From NCBI GenBank assembly GCA_034520885.1, contig JAXHNE010000007.1, positions 54,827 through 118,826 of the forward strand: a stretch of 64,000 nucleotides of DNA. The letters are read 5' to 3'. Below the pieces are notes generated by a model. The model was not told the DNA's origin. It did not search any database and worked only from the letters and a program-made list of their open reading frames with translations. The position numbers and the translations under genes were made by a program. Of the stretch, positions 58,077-64,000 are shown piece by piece (the stretch's first letter is position 1; each line of letters opens with the position of its first letter). Source of the stretch: Candidatus Saccharimonadota bacterium. GTDB taxonomy: Bacteria; Patescibacteriota; Saccharimonadia; Saccharimonadales; JAXHNE01.

Positions 58077-58741
58077 GTCGAACTGACGCTGTAGTTCGGG
58101 AAGTAATCCCGCAGTAGCCGCGTTTGTGAAAAATCGTCTTTTAATTGATCGTAAAGTTTTTCCACCAGCGGCTCCGGTCCGGAAATGTATACCGAGGGGT
58201 CGCCCATGGCTTCGGCGCGCGCTTTTATGACGTCCGCGTCCAAGGCGCCCATGTGTTTCTCCAAACGGGTGGTTTCTTCGAACAAATCCAAAAAAGCGAA
58301 GTCGGCTTCATTTTTGGCCGCGTACAGTAATGTTACGCGGCGATCTTCATGTTTATCACGTAAAAATTGGCACATGCTGCGGTACGGCGTAACGCCAATG
58401 CCGCCGGCTACGAAAAGTACTGGCCTGCGCTGGTTGCGGGGGAGGACGAAATCACCCATGGGTTGGCTGATTTCCACTTTATCACCCGGGGTTAGCGACG
58501 AAAGCGCGGCTTTAAAAGTGCTCGGTTTTTGGAAGATTTTGGTGGTAACCGCCAAATGATCTTCGGTGGGCGAGGAAGAAAGCGTAAACCAGCGTTTCGT
58601 TCCGCGATCGTCGGGGTTGTCGTGCGGAAGGGTAAGCTCAACGAATTGCCCGGCCATGTAAGTGAACCCCGCTGATTTTTCAAAACGGAAACTGTGTGCT
58701 TGTTCGGCGACTTTGCGTGAACCTAAAAACTTCATTTTCAT
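58073..58741 (-). CDS. FNR-type FAD/NAD(P)-binding oxidoreductase
   Basis: RWFTLSSSP (RxYS-type FAD motif), MGDF, VLFVAGGIGVTP (NAD(P) fold). Confidence 0.75.
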   Translation of the reverse strand: MKMKFLGSRKVAEQAHSFRFEKSAGFTYMAGQFVELTLPHDNPDDRGTKRWFTLSSSPTEDHLAVTTKIFQKPSTFKAALSSLTPGDKVEISQPMGDFVLPRNQRRPVLFVAGGIGVTPYRSMCQFLRDKHEDRRVTLLYAAKNEADFAFLDLFEETTRLEKHMGALDADVIKARAEAMGDPSVYISGPEPLVEKLYDQLKDDFSQTRLLRDYFPNYSVSST

Positions 58742-58788
58742 TGCTTTTTATTCTACGCTATTATGGAAGCGCGAAAAAAGGAGATAAA

Positions 58789-59319
58789 ATGGCTGATTTT
58801 AATAAAGTGCTTAAACCGGGTGACGTAGATAACGGCACGGTAAATACCGTGGTGGAGATCCCCAAAGGGTCAATGATGAAAATCGAATGGGACCGCGAGC
58901 GGGCCGTGTTCATGCTGGACCGCGTGGAACCGGGAGTATTCGCCAAACCGTGTAATTATGGGTTTATTCCGCAAACCCTGGACGAAGACGGCGACGAACT
59001 GGATACCTTGATCGTGACGGACGAGCCTTTGCCTACCGGTATTTGGCTGGAGGCAACGGTTATCGGTGTAATGAATTTCGAAGATGACGGAGAAATGGAT
59101 CACAAAATCGTGGTCGTACCGGCGGACGATCGCAACACGGGTGATTCCATTACGACGCTGGATGACTTGGGCGAGCGCTGGAAACAGCAGTTAGTGCACC
59201 ACTTCACGCACTACAAAGATTTAAAAAGGCCTGGCAGTACCAATGTACTTGGGTGGGGCGATATCGATGAAGCCAAAAAAATCATCAATGAATGTATAAA
59301 ACGCTATAAAAACAGCTAA
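58789..59319 (+). CDS. ppa: inorganic pyrophosphatase (family I)
   Basis: VVEIPKGSMMKIEWD...YGFIPQTLDEDGDELDTLIV...DHKIVVVP. AAGGAG RBS supports the ATG at 58789. Confidence 0.9.
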   Translation: MADFNKVLKPGDVDNGTVNTVVEIPKGSMMKIEWDRERAVFMLDRVEPGVFAKPCNYGFIPQTLDEDGDELDTLIVTDEPLPTGIWLEATVIGVMNFEDDGEMDHKIVVVPADDRNTGDSITTLDDLGERWKQQLVHHFTHYKDLKRPGSTNVLGWGDIDEAKKIINECIKRYKNS

Positions 59320-59730
59320 ATGGCCTCTCGTAGATACGCCAAAGCACTTCTGGTATCCCCCGAGGGAAAGATACTCATTTTGCGGAGGTCTTCTTCGGCT
59401 CCCAAGCGTCCGTTGGAGTTGGATTTACCGGGAGGTACCGTGGAAAACGATGAAACCTTCCAAACCGGTGTTATTCGTGAAATAAAGGAAGAAACCGACG
59501 TGGATTTCGCTGATGATGAAATAGAACTCATTCATGCGCACACGGCATACTACCAAGGAAAAACCAGTTTTCTGTTTCTGTATATCGGCTACCTAAAACA
59601 ACAAGAGGTGAGGCTAAGCAACGAGCATGACGAGCAATATTTCATGTCCCTTGATGAAGTGTTGGATCAGTTTAAGCATCCTGGTTGGCGCCACGGAATT
59701 GAATATGCCGCCCAGCATATCCTTGCCTAG
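59320..59730 (+). CDS. NUDIX hydrolase
   Basis: Nudix box GGTVENDETFQTGVIREIKEETDV. Confidence 0.75.
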   Translation: MASRRYAKALLVSPEGKILILRRSSSAPKRPLELDLPGGTVENDETFQTGVIREIKEETDVDFADDEIELIHAHTAYYQGKTSFLFLYIGYLKQQEVRLSNEHDEQYFMSLDEVLDQFKHPGWRHGIEYAAQHILA

Positions 59731-59874
59731 GTACCGCGAAACTCGTACAATAACACTGAAACGGTAATGCTAAACAAAGTCGTGAAAACATGAATCCCGT
59801 AGTGAGCCTCCAAGTTGTTGCACGAGGGATGTTACTATGTATGCAAGCATAAGCGACGAGGAAGGGTGGAATAC

Positions 59875-59925
59875 ATGAAGGGAGTTCAAACAAACGTAAG
59901 TTTTCGGGGGTCTACTACGCGATGA
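59875..59925 (+). CDS. 16-codon upstream ORF whose TGA overlaps the gap ATG (ATGA)
   Basis: GAGGAAGGGTGG SD-like run about 5 nt before the ATG at 59875. Encodes MKGVQTNVSFRGSTTR*. gap itself has only a distant GGGGG. Confidence 0.25.
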   Translation: MKGVQTNVSFRGSTTR

Positions 59926-60938
59926 AAGCAAAGATTGCAATTAACGGATTCGGTCGGATTGGCCGCAACGCGTTTAAGGTCGCTTTTGAGCGCACTGACG
60001 TGGACATCGTGGCCATTAACGATCTCACCGACACCAAAATGTTGGCGCACTTGTTGCGCTTTGACAGTAACTTCGGGCGCTACCAACATAACGTAACGTA
60101 CGACGAAAACAGTATCACGGTAAACGGCCAAAAGATCAGTGTTACCGCGGAAAAAGACCCGGCCAATCTACCCTGGAAACAACAAGAAATCGACGTCGTG
60201 ATCGAATCCACCGGCTTTTTCGTGGATCCCGCCAAAGCCCGGGCACATCTGGATGCCGGCGCCAAACGGGTGGTGATTTCCGCCCCGGCCAAAGGCGAGG
60301 GCGCCTCGACAATCGTTCTGGGTGTCAACGACGAAGCAATCGAGCAAGCCGACGGGATTTTGAGCAATGGCTCCTGCACCACGAACTGCATTGTACCGCC
60401 GGCCGCGGTCATGGACGCCGCCTTCGGCGTGGAAAAGGCCATGATGACCACCATTCACAGCTATACCGCCGATCAACGCTTACAAGACGCACCGCATAAG
60501 GATATGCGCCGGGCACGGGCCGCGGCACAGAATATCGTTCCGACCAAAACCGGCGCGGCAATCGCCACCAAGGAAGTTTTACCGCAATTCGACGGCATTT
60601 TTGACGGCATGGCGGTGCGGGTTCCGACCAGCGTCGTCAGCTTAAGCGACTTTACTTTTTTACTGAAAAAAGACGTTACTGTCGAAGAGGTAAACAGCGC
60701 TTTCCGCGAAGCGGCCAAACAGCCGTACTACCAAGGAATTCTGGCGGTAACCGAAGAACCACTGGTGTCCAGTGACTTTATCGGCGACAGCCACTCCTCT
60801 ACCGTGGATTTGGGCCTCACCAAAGTCGTGGCCGGTAATATGGCGAAAGTTGTCGCTTGGTACGACAACGAATGGGGCTATAGCAACCGCTTAGTGGAAG
60901 TCGTGGCCGACACCGCCAAAGCACTACGGAAAGGGTGA
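59922..60938 (+). CDS. gap: glyceraldehyde-3-phosphate dehydrogenase, type I
   Basis: MKAKIAINGFGRIGRNAF, catalytic SNGSCTTNC, WYDNEWGYS. Confidence 0.95.
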   Translation: MKAKIAINGFGRIGRNAFKVAFERTDVDIVAINDLTDTKMLAHLLRFDSNFGRYQHNVTYDENSITVNGQKISVTAEKDPANLPWKQQEIDVVIESTGFFVDPAKARAHLDAGAKRVVISAPAKGEGASTIVLGVNDEAIEQADGILSNGSCTTNCIVPPAAVMDAAFGVEKAMMTTIHSYTADQRLQDAPHKDMRRARAAAQNIVPTKTGAAIATKEVLPQFDGIFDGMAVRVPTSVVSLSDFTFLLKKDVTVEEVNSAFREAAKQPYYQGILAVTEEPLVSSDFIGDSHSSTVDLGLTKVVAGNMAKVVAWYDNEWGYSNRLVEVVADTAKALRKG

Positions 60939-61002
60939 AAATGCCGCGCATTTTAGGAGCAAAGAGCAAAGAACAAGGAGCAAGGAAGATAAATTCGTAT
61001 TT

Positions 61003-61090
61003 TCATCCCGTTAGAAATTACTCGAAGTTAGCACGAACCGTTAATTTTGATTTTTATATGAAAAAAACGAAGGGATTTCTAACGGGATGA
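61003..61090 (+). promoter_or_regulatory. 16-bp perfect inverted repeat whose distal arm covers the rpiB start codon
   Basis: tcatcccgttagaaat (61003-61018) and atttctaacgggatga (61075-61090) with 56 nt between them. The rpiB ATG is at 61087-61089. Confidence 0.5.
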
Positions 61091-61533
61091 GGATTTACGT
61101 CGGAGCGGATCATAACGGCTTTCGGATGCGTAACTCGGTTATCGACTATCTAAAACGCGCCGGGTATGACGTGGTCGACGAAGGTGACGAGCGGCTTGAC
61201 CCCGACGACGATTTTCCGGTATTCGCCCACAAAGCCGTGACCGATGTGCTCACGAGTAACGACGAAGATCCCAGGGCCATATTAATTTGCGGCAGCGGCC
61301 AGGGAATGTGCATGGCGGCCAATCGTTTTAAAGGAATTCGCGCGGCACTGATTTATGATCGCCAATCGGCCAAGAGTTCGCGCAATGACGACAACAGCAA
61401 TATCGCCTGCCTACCGGCCAAAGAACTGGAAAAAGACGAAACCAACGTAATAATCGAAACATGGCTCACGACGCCGTTCGCCGAAGCCCCGCGCTTTAAA
61501 CGCCGTTTACGGCAAATCGACGAATTCAATTAA
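61087..61533 (+). CDS. rpiB: ribose-5-phosphate isomerase B
   Basis: MRIYVGADHNGFRMRN...ILICGSGQGMCMAANRFKGIRAAL. Confidence 0.9.
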   Translation: MRIYVGADHNGFRMRNSVIDYLKRAGYDVVDEGDERLDPDDDFPVFAHKAVTDVLTSNDEDPRAILICGSGQGMCMAANRFKGIRAALIYDRQSAKSSRNDDNSNIACLPAKELEKDETNVIIETWLTTPFAEAPRFKRRLRQIDEFN

Positions 61534-61546
61534 ATAGGATTTATTT

Positions 61547-62176
61547 ATGAGCGTTATTTGTCCCACCGTTACCGCCGAAGATTCGCACCTCTATCGCCAA
61601 CAATTGGAGCGCGTGCAAAAACTTGCTGGGCGCATTCACCTGGATTTTATGGACGGATTGTTTACTTCCAATAAATCCATTGATCTGGCGCGGGCCTGGA
61701 TGCCCGAGGGCAAACAAGTCGACTTGCACCTGATGTACATGCGCCCGGATTTATACGTTGAAAAAATAAAAGAGTTCGCCCCTTCGCTGGTGATCGTGCA
61801 TGCCGAAGCCAAGGGTGAATACGAACCGTTCGCAAAAAGCATGCATGACGCCGGGATTAAGGTCGGCGTTTGTTTACTGCAGGATACGCCGGTGTCAATC
61901 ATCGCCGATCATCTTGACCGGATTGATCACGTGCTTATTTTTTCCGGTGATATGGGACATTTCGGCGGTAAAGTGGATCTTTCGCTCCTTAGTAAAGTTA
62001 AAGAGCTAAAACGTCTCAAGCCGGGGTTAGAAATAGGGTGGGACGGCGGCGTGAGTGATAAAAACGTTCAAGATTTGGTTGCCGGCGGCGTTGATGTCCT
62101 TAACGTCGGCGGGTTCATCCAGCGCGCCGAAGATCCCCGGCAAAATTATGAAACCCTGGTTTCCAAAGTTAGCTAA
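61547..62176 (+). CDS. rpe: ribulose-phosphate 3-epimerase family protein
   Basis: ICPTVTA...HLDFMDG...DLHLM...VIVHAEA...WDGGV pattern of the Rpe TIM barrel. Confidence 0.75.
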   Translation: MSVICPTVTAEDSHLYRQQLERVQKLAGRIHLDFMDGLFTSNKSIDLARAWMPEGKQVDLHLMYMRPDLYVEKIKEFAPSLVIVHAEAKGEYEPFAKSMHDAGIKVGVCLLQDTPVSIIADHLDRIDHVLIFSGDMGHFGGKVDLSLLSKVKELKRLKPGLEIGWDGGVSDKNVQDLVAGGVDVLNVGGFIQRAEDPRQNYETLVSKVS

Positions 62177-62267
62177 ACTATGCTTCTCACTCCAGCCATC
62201 AGTGTCCGGTAACCACCGGAGCAGGATGGCTGGTGTGTGGCGTATGGAATGTTATACTTAAGCTTAA

Positions 62268-63125
62268 ATGAAACAACACTACACGCTCGAAGAACTGGAA
62301 CGTATTGCCTACGATATCCGCGGCGATGTTATTAGGATGCTGGAACATGCCCAAAGCGGGCACAGCGCCGGGCCGCTGGGACTCGCGGACATTTTTACCG
62401 CGCTTTATTTTGACGTCATGCGCCATGATCCCAAGAACCCCACCTGGGAAGAGCGCGATATTTTGTTGCTGAGCAACGGTCACTGCGTGCCGGTGCAATA
62501 CGCTACCATGGCGCACGCCGGCTATTTTCCGAAAAAAGAACTCATGACTTTGCGTCAACTCGGCTCTCGGCTACAAGGCCACCCCGAACGGACTAAATTG
62601 CCCGGATTGGAAAACACCAGCGGACCGCTCGGGTCAGGTCTTAGCCAGGCCGCCGGGATGGCCTTGGCCATGCGCCTGGATAAGCAGCAACACCGTTGGG
62701 TCTACGTCATGATGGGTGATGGCGAGTTAAACGAAGGCAATATTTGGGAAGCCGCTATGTTTGCCGGCAAGGAAAAGTTGAATAATCTGACCGGTATCGT
62801 GGATCGTAATAACATCCAAATCGACGGCCCGACCGAAACGGTCATGCCGCTGGAAGATCTAAAAGCCAAGTGGCAGGCTTTCGGCTGGCACGTGATAGAA
62901 ATTGACGGGCATAACATTGAAGATTTTATCGACGCTACCGCCATGGCCAAGGCCATCGTGGAAAAGCCGGTGGTCATTTTGGCGCACACCATTCCCGGCA
63001 AAGGCGTGGACTTTATGGAATATGACTTTCACTGGCACGGAGCTCCGCCGAATCACGAACAAGCCAAAGAGGCGCTGCATGATATCCGCACCCTAAAAGG
63101 AAAAATCAGGAGCGAACATGAGTAG
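62268..63125 (+). CDS. transketolase, N-terminal (TPP-binding) subunit
   Basis: GHSAGPLG, LLSNGHC, GDGELNEGNIWEA. 285 aa split form. Confidence 0.9.
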   Translation: MKQHYTLEELERIAYDIRGDVIRMLEHAQSGHSAGPLGLADIFTALYFDVMRHDPKNPTWEERDILLLSNGHCVPVQYATMAHAGYFPKKELMTLRQLGSRLQGHPERTKLPGLENTSGPLGSGLSQAAGMALAMRLDKQQHRWVYVMMGDGELNEGNIWEAAMFAGKEKLNNLTGIVDRNNIQIDGPTETVMPLEDLKAKWQAFGWHVIEIDGHNIEDFIDATAMAKAIVEKPVVILAHTIPGKGVDFMEYDFHWHGAPPNHEQAKEALHDIRTLKGKIRSEHE

Positions 63126-64000
63126 TTTGCATTTAGCGGATATTCATGGAAAAAACGTGGAGTACGAGCCCAACCGCGTGGGCTTCGGCCGCGGGTTGAA
63201 AAAAGCCGGTGAACTGGATGAAAACGTAGTCGGGTTGTGCGCGGATCTGACAGGTTCGACCAAAATGAGCATTTTTGCCGAGGAGTTCGCGGATCGTTTT
63301 TTTGAAATGGGCATCGCCGAACAAAACTTGGTCACCGTGGGCTCCGGTTTGGCGGCCATGGGCAAGGTTCCTTTCGTCAGTAGCTACGCGGCGTTCAGTC
63401 CGGGGCGCAACTGGGAGCAAATTAAAACTACTATCGCGCTCAATGACCGGCCGGTGAAAATCGTCGGCGCCCATGCCGGCCTGTTTACCGGACCGGACGG
63501 CGCCACGCACCAAATGCTCGAAGACATCGCGTTAATGCGCAGCATGCCCAATATGGTAGTGATTGTTCCGGCGGACAGCCTGGAGGCCGAAAAGGCCGTA
63601 CTGGCCATGGCCAAGGACAAACGGCCTAATTATCTACGTGTCGCGCGGGAGAAAATTCCGGTAATTACAACTGAAAAAACCCCGTTTGAAATCGGAAAGG
63701 CTTACGTCTACGAGCACGGTAGCGACGTGACACTCATATCCACCGGAACCATGACATACAACACGTTATTGGCCGCCGAAAAACTGTTCAAGGAAGGCAT
63801 TGAAACCGAAGTGATCCACGTACCGACCATAAAACCCCTGGACGAAGAAACACTATTAAAAAGTATTAAGAAAACCAAAGCCGTGGTCACGCTGGAAGAA
63901 GCCCAGATTAACGGCGGCTTGGGCAGTGCGGTGGCGGAACTAATCGCCGAAAAATGCCCGGCCACGCTCAAGCGCGTCGGCATACAAGACACCTACGGTG
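63118..64000 (+). CDS. transketolase, C-terminal (pyrimidine-binding) subunit, 3' end beyond the window (not in the ORF track)
   Basis: The ATG at 63118 overlaps the upstream stop. MSSLHLADI...FFEMGIAEQNLVTVGSGLAAMG...GPDGATHQMLEDIALMRSMPNM, open to nt 64000. Confidence 0.85.
   Translation, partial: MSSLHLADIHGKNVEYEPNRVGFGRGLKKAGELDENVVGLCADLTGSTKMSIFAEEFADRFFEMGIAEQNLVTVGSGLAAMGKVPFVSSYAAFSPGRNWEQIKTTIALNDRPVKIVGAHAGLFTGPDGATHQMLEDIALMRSMPNMVVIVPADSLEAEKAVLAMAKDKRPNYLRVAREKIPVITTEKTPFEIGKAYVYEHGSDVTLISTGTMTYNTLLAAEKLFKEGIETEVIHVPTIKPLDEETLLKSIKKTKAVVTLEEAQINGGLGSAVAELIAEKCPATLKRVGIQDTYG

Overview
A 64-kb chromosomal window from a small-genome, Gram-positive-type bacterium. The gene style includes many short membrane-anchored hypotheticals, a split transketolase, NDH-2, LemA/HtpX and long charged tails on housekeeping proteins. 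This fits a Patescibacteria/CPR (Saccharimonadia-like) genome best, but that is inference only. The intact backbone holds lnt-like, lemA, htpX, ligA, murF, leuS, rpmF (missed by the ORF track), nusB, rnc, rpsP, a KH protein, fur-family, rmuC, ndh, ABC and RND exporters, FKBP, trxB, marR, ppa and gap-rpiB-rpe-split tkt. It also holds tRNA-Ala(GGC) and tRNA-Gln(CUG). Several visibly AT-richer patches sit in this backbone: about 2.56-2.94, 10.57-11.36, 19.7-20.5, 31.25-33.6, 40.8-44.1 and 46.3-48.2 kb. They carry orphan or decayed genes. Observations worth a second look: (1) a Ni-superoxide dismutase plus SodX protease pair whose Ni-hook reads HCDLMCG instead of HCDLPCG; (2) a tRNA-Gln-adjacent AT-rich islet with an Rdx-like protein, a CadC-like ArsR sensor and a 448-aa orphan, bracketed by an 11-bp direct repeat; (3) a surface protein of about 3.4 kb (2 malectin, Ig-like and 3 FN3 domains) broken at 9 or more places, with a truncated upstream paralog; (4) trmD, pheS and pheT are frame-disrupted, rimM is missing, and both operons are interrupted by AT-rich DNA. 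Most disruptions I could resolve are +/-1 changes in short homopolymers, so read-level verification is needed before calling decay; (5) hairpins that bury the start codons of htpX and rpiB, and an ATGA-coupled uORF before gap. I saw no CRISPR array, rRNA, intact integrase or transposase, or recognisable defence system. GC statements are spot counts by eye, not computed profiles.
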